Below, piece by piece: positions 40,719-49,636 of a stretch of 64,000 nucleotides of DNA; position 1 is the first letter of the stretch, and each line of letters starts with the position of its first letter. The DNA is from an uncultured Desulfovibrionaceae bacterium. GTDB taxonomy: Bacteria; Desulfobacterota; Desulfovibrionia; Desulfovibrionales; Desulfovibrionaceae. Position numbers and translations under genes: made by a program. The stretch lies in NCBI GenBank assembly GCA_964368455.1, contig CAYJAZ010000009.1:14941-78940 (forward strand), in the 5' to 3' direction. The notes beneath the pieces were generated by a model. That model was not told the DNA's origin. It worked only from the letters and a program-made list of their open reading frames with translations, and made no database searches.

Positions 40719-41803
40719 ATAAACTTTTCTCCACCATGCTCTAGCAAAAACTTCAACATAACATTTTTTTCAACATCAAAATCATGATAGTCCACAGGCA
40801 CATAAGAGGTATTTCTGTTGAAATACAATTTTTCATTTTCAAAATTATGCATAAAATGAAAACCGTATAAATCTATATTCTCAAATGAACCAAGCACATT
40901 ATAAAGATGAAGAATAAAATCACTGCCACTTGTAAGAGAAATATTTATTCCTAGTTCTTTCCAAGCATATTGGGCAGTTTTATCACCATATTTTTGACAT
41001 TTTTTATCAAGAACTGAGTAAAGATTTTCAATTCCACTTTCATCTCTGAAAAAATAGCAATCAAATCGCCATAAAGTGAATAAAAGATCAGGTTTTCTAT
41101 ATCTGAGAAAATTTTTACAACCTACTGTATTTACCCAAATATCTGTTCTTTTTCCATAATCTTTTTCAAAGCCTTTATCTGTGCCTTGGCTAAACCTTAC
41201 AACTATATCATGGCTATCGATTTCTTTGCCTCTGCCCTTACCCTTTTCGTAAGGGCCATTTGCAACAACAGCAATACTCTTTCCTCGCACAAGCTTTTCA
41301 AACTCTTGATTTTGCTCTGCTTCCATTAATTTTTCATGTATTAATGCAGATTTTTCTATCAACTCATTTGTATAATTTTGCTTATGGAAATAGTGTGCAA
41401 CATAAGGATAATCTTCAACATTTTCTAATTGATGATAATAATAATATCTTCTTGAAAGAAATTCTATCTTTTCATGCAAGTTGTTTTCTAAAAGAATTGT
41501 AAGATACAAGAGCCACAATCTATTATTTTCTGAACGCCAGCAATACATTGATACTTCAAGTCTTTCAAAGGAATGTAATAAATCTTTGCTAAAACCTTGA
41601 AATTTATATTCAGCCAAAAGCATTTCATAATTATGTGCACGCATTTTAGGCACTATATATTGTGCCATTTTATCGAAACATTCTTTAGGTTTCGCTTTGT
41701 ATTCGTTCATGAATCTTTCTAAATTATCAACTTTTTCACGCAAGATTTTATTTTCTTCTTGTAGTTGTATCAATATTTTTTTGCTTTTGCTCTTTTTTTT
41801 CAT
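40715..41803 (-). CDS. Sialyltransferase-like (GT42/GT29-like) nonulosonic-acid transferase with an N-terminal coiled-coil extension
   Basis: SIAVVANGPYE....GKEIDSHDIVVRFS parallels the CstII IIAGNGPSLKEIDY...FDVFRCN motif. LTSGSDFILHLYNVLGSFENIDLYGFHF parallels ITSGVYM..A.ALGYKEIYLSGIDF. Confidence 0.55.
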   Translation of the reverse strand: MKKKSKSKKILIQLQEENKILREKVDNLERFMNEYKAKPKECFDKMAQYIVPKMRAHNYEMLLAEYKFQGFSKDLLHSFERLEVSMYCWRSENNRLWLLYLTILLENNLHEKIEFLSRRYYYYHQLENVEDYPYVAHYFHKQNYTNELIEKSALIHEKLMEAEQNQEFEKLVRGKSIAVVANGPYEKGKGRGKEIDSHDIVVRFSQGTDKGFEKDYGKRTDIWVNTVGCKNFLRYRKPDLLFTLWRFDCYFFRDESGIENLYSVLDKKCQKYGDKTAQYAWKELGINISLTSGSDFILHLYNVLGSFENIDLYGFHFMHNFENEKLYFNRNTSYVPVDYHDFDVEKNVMLKFLLEHGGEKFI

Positions 41804-41813
41804 ATCTTCTCCA

Positions 41814-43049
41814 TTAAAAATTTTTTAGAAAAAGATTTTCGCCATCTTGCGTCAAAACTTCAAGTTTCTTATTAATTTTTTGTGTGAATTCATTATATTT
41901 TTTGCTATTTCCATAGAAGATAATTCTTAGAAAAATTTGCGATAGCTTTCCATACTGATCTTCAGCTAATTCATCGCCAATAAGATAGGACTGAAAATAA
42001 CCTAACACATTTTCATCAGCTACAATTTCTTCTAAACCTTGTATTTTATAAATTTTTCCAGGATTAATTAAACAAGTAATATTATACGCTTGTTCAGCAA
42101 TAAAAGGAGAAATTTGTGATAAATCCTGTGTAGCTATAGTCATCGAATTTGTAAGAGCAAAATTTATTAGCATTGCCATAGAACTGTAATCGCAGACTTT
42201 TTCTGTGATAAGATGTTCTAAACTTGCAGTAATTCTAAAACCTGGCTCATAAGGAATACATTGTCCTTCATCATCCACAAAACATTGAATAAACATTATA
42301 CCATTTTTAATTTCAAGTTCATCAAACATCTGTGCGAATTTATCATGCAATGCTGTATAGCTTTTATGAGTGTGAGGAGAAGGAAAAACATAACCATTTG
42401 GAAGCTTTATATAACCATCTTTCACTTCAACAACATTTCTGTCTGCCATAAGAGAAAAATAACTCTTTCCCTCAACAAAGATGTAAAAAATCGTCGCTTC
42501 ATTATGGTTCACATATTCTTCAACCAATATATTTTTTGATTTAGAAAATCTTAAAGCCCCTTCTACAGCTTTATTGTATTCTTCTAAATTATTACAAATT
42601 GAAATCCCTCGAGAACCGCTATTATCAACAGGTTTAACAAGAATAGGATAAGTAAAATTTTCATCTTCAAATTCTTTGACATTTGGAATTTCAAATTTTT
42701 TGCAATATTCTCTAAATAATTTCTTATTTGTTGTAAATTCTATTTGTTTTGGAGTGAGGTAGCAAGGTAGATTTGCCTTTGTACAGATTTCATAATAAGC
42801 AGGAAGAAGAGAATCAGCAAAACCAGTAATAACACCATCTATTTGGTGTTCTTTTATTAAAGCTACAATTGTATCTACATCAGTTGCGTCGGCTAAGAAA
42901 GCAAAATCTGCACTTTTTTTTGCTGGCGATGTAGGGCTATAGTCAACTACATAGACTGTAGCGCCATATTTTTGGCCCACATCAATTATTTGCTCCATAA
43001 GCTTTGTAGCACCTAAGATTAAAAGCTTTTTCCCATGCCATTTATACAT
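41814..43049 (-). CDS. ATP-grasp domain ligase
   Basis: KKLLILGA...VYVVDY pre-ATP-grasp domain, PILVKPVDNSGSRGISIC, EEYVN. Confidence 0.7.
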   Translation of the reverse strand: MYKWHGKKLLILGATKLMEQIIDVGQKYGATVYVVDYSPTSPAKKSADFAFLADATDVDTIVALIKEHQIDGVITGFADSLLPAYYEICTKANLPCYLTPKQIEFTTNKKLFREYCKKFEIPNVKEFEDENFTYPILVKPVDNSGSRGISICNNLEEYNKAVEGALRFSKSKNILVEEYVNHNEATIFYIFVEGKSYFSLMADRNVVEVKDGYIKLPNGYVFPSPHTHKSYTALHDKFAQMFDELEIKNGIMFIQCFVDDEGQCIPYEPGFRITASLEHLITEKVCDYSSMAMLINFALTNSMTIATQDLSQISPFIAEQAYNITCLINPGKIYKIQGLEEIVADENVLGYFQSYLIGDELAEDQYGKLSQIFLRIIFYGNSKKYNEFTQKINKKLEVLTQDGENLFLKNF

Positions 43050-43076
43050 AAAAAAGCTCCAATATTAAAAATCTAC

Positions 43077-45161
43077 TTACCATGCCTTTACTTCTTCTTT
43101 TTTTATTTGCCCTTGCATATACTTATTCACTAATAAAATAATTCTATCTAAATCATTCTTACTGTAACGTTGATCACAAGGCAGCAACACAATCTCAGAA
43201 AGTCCATTGTATGATGTATTTTGTGTTTTTTGCCCTAAAGAAAGAGGGTGAATATTTTGATTTGCTAAGAGTGTGAGTAAAACATCTTTTGGCAAAACTT
43301 GCGATTTATTATAGGGTATGCGAATTGGATACGCATAAGGAGCAAAATCAACTCTTTCGTCTTTCCAAAGAGCAAATTCCATTAAATGCTTTGCCAAATA
43401 TTCCCAATTTTCTTTACGTTTTTGTGCTAAAGGTAAAAGCGGGATACGCTTCAATATATCAATTGTTAATTGAGAGCATGCATTTTGTGGCAATTCTTCT
43501 TTTTCGATAATTTTATTGTAAGTCAAAATATCTTGGGTAGATAGATGCATTGTTTCCATGCGTTTTACTGCTAATTCCAAAAATTCAAAATAATGTGCAG
43601 AATGTATGGCTTTTTGTTTTGGCTGTAAAACACTCATCCCCTTGCCCACAAGCAATGCACCATCAGGCACGCCCAAAAGGTTTTTTGGAAAATAAATACA
43701 CGCGTCTGCCTTTGAAGCAGTTTCAATAGACAAGGCTTGGCTTCTGTCTTCAATCCAAATAATATCTTTGCTTGCCAGTAAGGCGTCTTCAAAATTTTGT
43801 GAAAGAGCTTTTCCAAAAGGAGCAAAAGTCAGCACTACTTCTCGAGCTTTTACTTCATTAAGAAAAGATGGATCGACATTAAATTCTCTATCTACAGCAT
43901 AGAATTTCGGCATTAATCTCAATGGTTTTATGAGATTTTGATTAAAATAGGGAAAATACGAAGGCAACCAAATATCCTTACATCCATGATGCCATAAAAA
44001 AGCCATTAATGCCTGTATATTATTACTAAAAGCAGCGTATTCCTCATCTTGAACCCAAGATGTAAAAACGCTGTCTTCAATACTTGGAATAGACTGTATA
44101 TCAAGTTCAAAAAATGAACCTATAGCATTTTCTCTGTCTGTATTTTCATCAGATATTGTCCCACTTCTTTCGCTTGATTGCCATGGTGGAGAAAAAGTTC
44201 TTTCTTCTGGATAAACTAAACGTAAAGCATCAAGCATAATAGCATTTTCAAGCACAGGCTTTTCAAAATATCTTTTATAATTGATATACAATTGCTTAAT
44301 TTCTTCAAATTGGCTTGTCTGCATATAATGACTCACGAGATTACGCAAAACAAGAAGATTTCTTTCTCTTATTTGCAAAGTGAAGCGATAAGAAAAAAAT
44401 CTATCCATTTCTTCATAAACATATATCCAATCTTCGTATTTTTTTTGTGCAAATAGGCCTTTATTTATAGTTTGAAGCCATGAATATCCACCTTCATGCC
44501 TTCTCCATACGCTCATATCTTCATTAAAATATTTAATTTTGCCCTCTACAGCGTGGAGCATAAAAAGAAAATGATCAAGAAGCATATTTAACGTAAACCA
44601 ATCTGGCAAACCATCTGTAAATCTCCAGCGAAAAACAACTGAAGAAGTTTGAAAAAAGTAGTTTGAAATAGCTTCATCTGCATAGAAAATACCATCTTTA
44701 ATACGCTCTTCGTCAAAAGTCATATCTTTGTAAATAAATACTTTTTCTTGCGAAGCTCTTTTTTCTGTATTCATATCGAGCATTTGCACTTTATGGCAAG
44801 CAACAGAGAAAGTCGGATTCTTTTCAAGAAAATCTACTTGCTTTTGTAGTTTTTCCTCGCTTATCCAATAATCGTCTCCCTCGCAAAAAGCTACATATTT
44901 TCCTCTGATACGTTTCAAGCCTTCTAATAAATTTTTGGAAGTCTTAGTATTATGTTCTTGAAATGAAAGTATAATATTAGAATGCTTCTCAGCATATTTT
45001 TGCACTATTTCACGTGTTCCATCATTCGAACAATCATCGCATACAATAATTTCAAAAGGAAAATCAGTTTTCTGCATAAGACAAGAGTCAAGAGCTTCAC
45101 TAATATAAAATGCGTGATTATATGTTGCCATGAATATGCTGATTAAAGGGCTTTCTTGCAT
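43077..45161 (-). CDS. GT2 glycosyltransferase fused to a ~350-aa unknown C-terminal domain (paralog of 19685..21769)
   Basis: ISIFMATYNHAFYISEALDSC...VCDDCSNDGT...CEGDDYW. Long near-identical blocks are shared with the + strand paralog. Confidence 0.7.
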   Translation of the reverse strand: MQESPLISIFMATYNHAFYISEALDSCLMQKTDFPFEIIVCDDCSNDGTREIVQKYAEKHSNIILSFQEHNTKTSKNLLEGLKRIRGKYVAFCEGDDYWISEEKLQKQVDFLEKNPTFSVACHKVQMLDMNTEKRASQEKVFIYKDMTFDEERIKDGIFYADEAISNYFFQTSSVVFRWRFTDGLPDWFTLNMLLDHFLFMLHAVEGKIKYFNEDMSVWRRHEGGYSWLQTINKGLFAQKKYEDWIYVYEEMDRFFSYRFTLQIRERNLLVLRNLVSHYMQTSQFEEIKQLYINYKRYFEKPVLENAIMLDALRLVYPEERTFSPPWQSSERSGTISDENTDRENAIGSFFELDIQSIPSIEDSVFTSWVQDEEYAAFSNNIQALMAFLWHHGCKDIWLPSYFPYFNQNLIKPLRLMPKFYAVDREFNVDPSFLNEVKAREVVLTFAPFGKALSQNFEDALLASKDIIWIEDRSQALSIETASKADACIYFPKNLLGVPDGALLVGKGMSVLQPKQKAIHSAHYFEFLELAVKRMETMHLSTQDILTYNKIIEKEELPQNACSQLTIDILKRIPLLPLAQKRKENWEYLAKHLMEFALWKDERVDFAPYAYPIRIPYNKSQVLPKDVLLTLLANQNIHPLSLGQKTQNTSYNGLSEIVLLPCDQRYSKNDLDRIILLVNKYMQGQIKKEEVKAW

Positions 45162-45212
45162 ATATCAAAATTCCTTATTGTCTTGTGGTATTTCTCTGTG
45201 CCAAACAGTTTT

Positions 45213-46286
45213 TTATAAAACCGATTTCACAATTTTTACAATTCGTAAAACTGCATCATTATCAAGACTTGCATAAAGTGGCAAACAAAGAATACGGCGT
45301 GAAATATCTTCTGAAACAGGGCAAGGCTGGTAATCTACATAAGGAAGAGTATTAAGGCTTGGATAAAAATATCTTCTTGGATAAATTTCTTCTTTTGCTA
45401 ATGCATCTATGACACGCAAAAGCTCTTCTTCATTTGAAAAAAGAAGAGGATAGTAGCAATAATTGTGTTCCAAAGCTTCTTGTTTTTTTTGCCTTCCAAG
45501 CATAGGAAGATTTTCTGTATAAACATCTGAAACTCTTTTTCTTTCTTTCAGAATAGGCATAATATAAGGGAAATTTGCTAAACCCATAGCCGCATGAAAT
45601 TCAGAAAGTTTTGCATTTATCCCAAGGCAAACATGATCATCATTATTATGCCCAAATCTTTTTTGCAATTCTAATTTTTCAGCAACAGCAGCGTCTTTGA
45701 TAACACAAGCTCCCCCCTCAACAGTGTGAAATAATTTTGTTGAATGAAAAGAAAGAGTTGAAATATCGCCATAATCGAGTAAAGATTTATTTTTATACCT
45801 AACCCCAAAAGCGTGGGCTGCATCATATATCACTTTTAAATTGTATTTATTTGCTATTTCTTCAATTTTTTCAACATTACAAGCATATCCAAAAACATGA
45901 ACTGCTAAGATAGCCTTTGTTTTTTCTGTAATTGCAGCCTCTATTTTATCCGCGTCAATGGTGAAATCATCACTATTTATATCAACAAAAACAGGTGTGC
46001 ATTTTTGCCAAAGAATTGCCGAAAGCGTTGCTACATAAGAAAAAGGGCTTGTTATAACTTCTCCCTCTGAAATATCTAAAGCAGATAAAGCCAATTGTAA
46101 GGCTATTGTGCCATTTGAAACACATTGTAATTCTTTGACATTTAAAAAATTTTTTAATTTATCTTGTAATTCATGAAGGCATGAACCCTGATTTGTCAAT
46201 ATATTATTCTGCCAAAGTCTATCAAGATATAAGAGGTATTCTTCTTGCGGAGGCAAAAAAGATTTTGTTACATAAATTTTTTCCAT
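45213..46286 (-). CDS. DegT/DnrJ/EryC1/StrS-family sugar aminotransferase
   Basis: ITSPFSYVATL, DAAHAFG, LSFHSTKLFHTVEGG (PLP lysine). I chose the ATG at 46286 over the TTG at 46307. Confidence 0.85.
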   Translation of the reverse strand: MEKIYVTKSFLPPQEEYLLYLDRLWQNNILTNQGSCLHELQDKLKNFLNVKELQCVSNGTIALQLALSALDISEGEVITSPFSYVATLSAILWQKCTPVFVDINSDDFTIDADKIEAAITEKTKAILAVHVFGYACNVEKIEEIANKYNLKVIYDAAHAFGVRYKNKSLLDYGDISTLSFHSTKLFHTVEGGACVIKDAAVAEKLELQKRFGHNNDDHVCLGINAKLSEFHAAMGLANFPYIMPILKERKRVSDVYTENLPMLGRQKKQEALEHNYCYYPLLFSNEEELLRVIDALAKEEIYPRRYFYPSLNTLPYVDYQPCPVSEDISRRILCLPLYASLDNDAVLRIVKIVKSVL

Positions 46287-46778
46287 TTTTGAGTCACTCT
46301 TTTTCAAATGTATATATATCTTAACGACATTTTATAGATTTCAATTATATGTTGAAGTTTTTTTATGGGAAGCCTTTATTATAATACTTTTATATCATTC
46401 ATTTTTTTCTTAGTAGAGAATATCTGTATTATTCTCATAAATTACGAATTTGTCAAGATTTTTATTCATTTATCAAAGCTAGAGGGCAAATAAGGCTTGT
46501 CCAAAATCAAAATTTTGTGAAAGTATTTTATAAAATCGTCATGCTCGCACAATTCATACATATTGCATGTGCAAGCTATCTCCCTATTTTTTTTTATCTT
46601 TCTATTTTTATTTGGCAATTATCTTTATTTATAGTATAATCTCAATAAGGACATATATATCGTTTTGCCACCTAACAGTTTTAGTTGGAATAATTTTTGC
46701 AATTTCACACTACTTATGTAAAAACCGCCAACTCTTTTGGCATGACTTAGAAAACAAATAAATAAAAAGGATAGTTTT

Positions 46779-49253
46779 ATGCACTCAAAAAATGCCTTAA
46801 CAAATCTCAAAAATCGTTATAGAGCTGTATTAAAAAAATGTACTCTTATCAATGCTTTTGGCTCACTCGCTGTGGCAACTTTATTGCTAAGCCCAGCAAG
46901 TTCTTATGCTGATTCTCTTTTCACATCTACTGAACCAGAGTTAAACAATTTTGGCACATTAACAGGTGATCTATATAATATAGGTACTGATCAGTATTTT
47001 ATAGGAATGGTGGGATATAATCCTACGACTAACATAGGCTATACTTTAACAAACTATGCAGATGGTGTTATTTCACTTTATTCTGATACAATAGCTTATG
47101 GTATGTATATCCAAAATGAAGGTACTGTCGATCATGCTTTAATAAATCATGGCTATATCTCTGTAAAAAGTCTCGAAAGTGCATATGGCATGTCTGTATA
47201 CATTTTCCCACATGGCAGTAACTTTACCCTGACAAATACAGGAACAATTTACGTCGAAAGCATAAATGACCATGCAGATGGCATGGAAGGAAATACTCAA
47301 AGTGAAGATGGTGATCACATTCTTTTAAATACTGGGTCTATCACTGTAAAAGGTTATTATTCATCTCACGGAATGCATGCTGAAGCAGATAATGATGGTA
47401 ACCATCGTGTAACAAATACAGGAAGTATTGATGTCACAAGCATTGCTTCTTTTGCCTATGGTATGCGTGCTGAAGCGGAAGACAAGGATGGAGATCACAT
47501 TATGTTTAATAGTGGTACTATCACAGTGAAAGCTAGTAATGTGAGTTATGGCATGTATGCTGAAAGTGAGGATGATGGAGATCATACTTTAACAAATACA
47601 GGAAGTATTGATGTCACAAGTACAGCCCATCAAGCCTATGGTATGCTCGCTGAAGCGCAAGACGATGACGGAGATCACTCTATCTCAAATAGTGGCGATA
47701 TTACTGTAAAAGCGTATTCTGACGCTTATGGTATACTGGCTGACACAGAAGATGATGGCGATCATACTTTAACAAATAGTGGAAGCATAGAAGTCACAAG
47801 CTCTAATGATAAAGCTTATGGACTCTATCTAAATGGTGAAGGCACACATACTATTAACAATACAGGCATAATCTCTGCAAAATCATTATCTTCTTCTGCT
47901 TATGAAGTGTATGGACTTAACACAGACTATACTGTCGAAACATACGCAACAAGTTTACGTGATTGGGAGATTGATGATGCCGTTTTTGCAGTCACTGCTG
48001 GAGAAATTGTAAACTTTGATAATTCCACTCTCATTCTTCGTCCTGGCACAATAGCTCAAGGATTTGAACTTGGCAAAGAATACAAAGTTGCGAATATGGT
48101 GTCTAACGAAACAGCTTTAGCAGATAGCCTTGACGGAACAATAGCAGCAGGTGCAATAGCACAAGTGCAAACAGAAGTTCCCTTCTTGATAGCTCACCTT
48201 GATAATAGCGAACTTTTGAATCCTAAAGTAAGCCTTACAGCAAATATAAATAAAGACACAATTTCTCCTACGCAATTAGCAAAGATATCTTCTGGCAATG
48301 CAGATAAGAAAATTGCTAACATGGCACGCAAGCAAATCAATAGAATGATTAGAAAACGTGTTTCACAAGCAAGTACGCAAGCAATGTATGAACAAGGTGT
48401 CATTCTTGCTAGTAATAATATCCCTTATGCACCAAGCTATAAAGCCAATAAATGGGCTATATATTTAGATGCTTATACAACATATGCGAAAAACAGCGAA
48501 TATAATTACGGCACAAAAAGTTATGGTATGACAATAGGTGGCGATAAAGCTATTAACGAAAAATTAAGTGTAGGTTTTGCTATGGACTTTAGCGATTCCA
48601 CAACAGATGCACAAGACGGCCTCACAAGCGATTCAACAGCAATATCTTTTCTTGTGAATGCCGATTATTTCATCAATAAAAACTGGTATGTATCTGGAAA
48701 TATAGCCTTATCTTATGCTGAAAACGATGTAGATTATGCTTTATCTTCAATGCTCACAGCTAAAGACGATTATTCATCAATGGCTTTCAATCTAAGTGCG
48801 TCTACAGGTTATCTTTATGAAATCAATGCAAATAATGTTCTTGTGCCTGAATTTGGCTTGAATTATTTCTATGCCAATGCTGACGATATCAATGTCGATT
48901 TCGCACATGCAAGCATGTATAATATGTCTATCAAGAATGATGCTTTCTCAGCTCTATACGCACATCTCATGCTCACATGGCAAGGCGAATACAACACAAA
49001 CTACGGTATCATGAAACCAAGTGCAGGATTAGGACTTCGTCAAAATGTGACTTCTTCTGACTTTGACTCTACTGTCGAAATCTTTGGCTCTAGTTTTGCC
49101 TCTTCTGTTTCAGACAACGACACAAGCTTTATAACAAATGCTGGCCTAGAATGGGTGAATGGCAACTTCTCTGTTGGCGTCAACTACGATGGCGACTTTG
49201 GCAGTGAAGAAGTGAGCCATACAGCTTCTGTGAAATTCCGCTACGAATTTTAA
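46779..49253 (+). CDS. Autotransporter (type Va) outer-membrane protein with a repeat-rich passenger
   Basis: Extended signal peptide ending SSYA/DS. The passenger is built of ~30-aa repeats. The C-terminal ~280 aa form a beta-barrel-like region with alternating aromatic residues, ending in ...VKFRYEF. Confidence 0.85.
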   Translation: MHSKNALTNLKNRYRAVLKKCTLINAFGSLAVATLLLSPASSYADSLFTSTEPELNNFGTLTGDLYNIGTDQYFIGMVGYNPTTNIGYTLTNYADGVISLYSDTIAYGMYIQNEGTVDHALINHGYISVKSLESAYGMSVYIFPHGSNFTLTNTGTIYVESINDHADGMEGNTQSEDGDHILLNTGSITVKGYYSSHGMHAEADNDGNHRVTNTGSIDVTSIASFAYGMRAEAEDKDGDHIMFNSGTITVKASNVSYGMYAESEDDGDHTLTNTGSIDVTSTAHQAYGMLAEAQDDDGDHSISNSGDITVKAYSDAYGILADTEDDGDHTLTNSGSIEVTSSNDKAYGLYLNGEGTHTINNTGIISAKSLSSSAYEVYGLNTDYTVETYATSLRDWEIDDAVFAVTAGEIVNFDNSTLILRPGTIAQGFELGKEYKVANMVSNETALADSLDGTIAAGAIAQVQTEVPFLIAHLDNSELLNPKVSLTANINKDTISPTQLAKISSGNADKKIANMARKQINRMIRKRVSQASTQAMYEQGVILASNNIPYAPSYKANKWAIYLDAYTTYAKNSEYNYGTKSYGMTIGGDKAINEKLSVGFAMDFSDSTTDAQDGLTSDSTAISFLVNADYFINKNWYVSGNIALSYAENDVDYALSSMLTAKDDYSSMAFNLSASTGYLYEINANNVLVPEFGLNYFYANADDINVDFAHASMYNMSIKNDAFSALYAHLMLTWQGEYNTNYGIMKPSAGLGLRQNVTSSDFDSTVEIFGSSFASSVSDNDTSFITNAGLEWVNGNFSVGVNYDGDFGSEEVSHTASVKFRYEF
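47043..47921 (+). repeat. About 10 tandem ~30-aa (about 90-bp) passenger repeats
   Basis: Unit xLxNxGxIxVxSxxxxAYGMxAExxDDGDH. The most regular stretch is 47289-47768. The 29-nt DNA string acaaatacaggaagtattgatgtcacaag occurs twice, 180 bp apart. Confidence 0.85.
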
Positions 49254-49310
49254 CTCTAGAAATTGACTTTCTACCTTTTGTAAAAAGCTCAATTTAAAAC
49301 ATTATACTTG

Positions 49311-49376
49311 AAAAGCCTTATTTTAGTTCTAGAGCATTTTAATATGCCAGAAAACAAAATAAGGCTTTTTATTTTT
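49311..49376 (+). terminator. Probable terminator of the autotransporter gene
   Basis: aaaagccttatttt (49311-49324) pairs with aaaataaggctttt (49356-49369) and is followed by a T-rich tract. The loop is unusually long (31 nt). Confidence 0.45.
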
Positions 49377-49409
49377 AAAATATTGACAATTAGCACAACT
49401 TAAAAAAAT

Positions 49410-49439
49410 AAAGCCTTATAAATTTCTTTATAAGGCTTT
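49410..49439 (-). terminator. Rho-independent terminator downstream of tRNA-Asp
   Basis: aaagccttataaa-tttc-tttataaggcttt (13-bp stem). On the minus strand it is followed by a T-run. Confidence 0.7.
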
Positions 49440-49451
49440 ACTAATGTCATG

Positions 49452-49528
49452 TGGCGAAGCGGAAGGGACTTGAACCCTCGCCCTCCGGCGTGACAGGCCG
49501 GCGTTATAACCAACTTAACTACCGCTCC
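49452..49528 (-). tRNA. tRNA-Asp (anticodon GTC)
   Basis: The reverse complement reads GGAGCGGTAGTTAAGTTGGTTATAACGCCGGCCTGTCACGCCGGAGGGCGAGGGTTCAAGTCCCTTCCGCTTCGCCA. It has a 7-bp acceptor stem, anticodon loop CTGTCAC, T-loop GGTTCAAGTCC and an encoded CCA. Confidence 0.93.
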
Positions 49529-49636
49529 GTAAAGCAAAAACTTTAGTGGCCACCCACATTGTTCTCGCTTCGTGAAAAGAAAATTAGCATTTTTAGAAAA
49601 AATGTCAAGCATTTTTTTTATAAAAAATAATTTTTT

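Noticed and set aside
46587-46595. A T9 tract upstream of the autotransporter, considered as a phase-variable promoter spacer.
   Set aside because: A/T runs of 8-9 nt are common throughout this AT-rich window, and no -35/-10 pair could be placed around it. I kept it only as a side note in the autotransporter finding.
49452-49528. tRNA-Asp as the attachment site of an integrative element or prophage.
   Set aside because: No integrase, excisionase, phage or conjugation gene is present, and no duplicated tRNA 3' fragment is visible in the window. Only the weaker statement that it forms an island boundary is retained.
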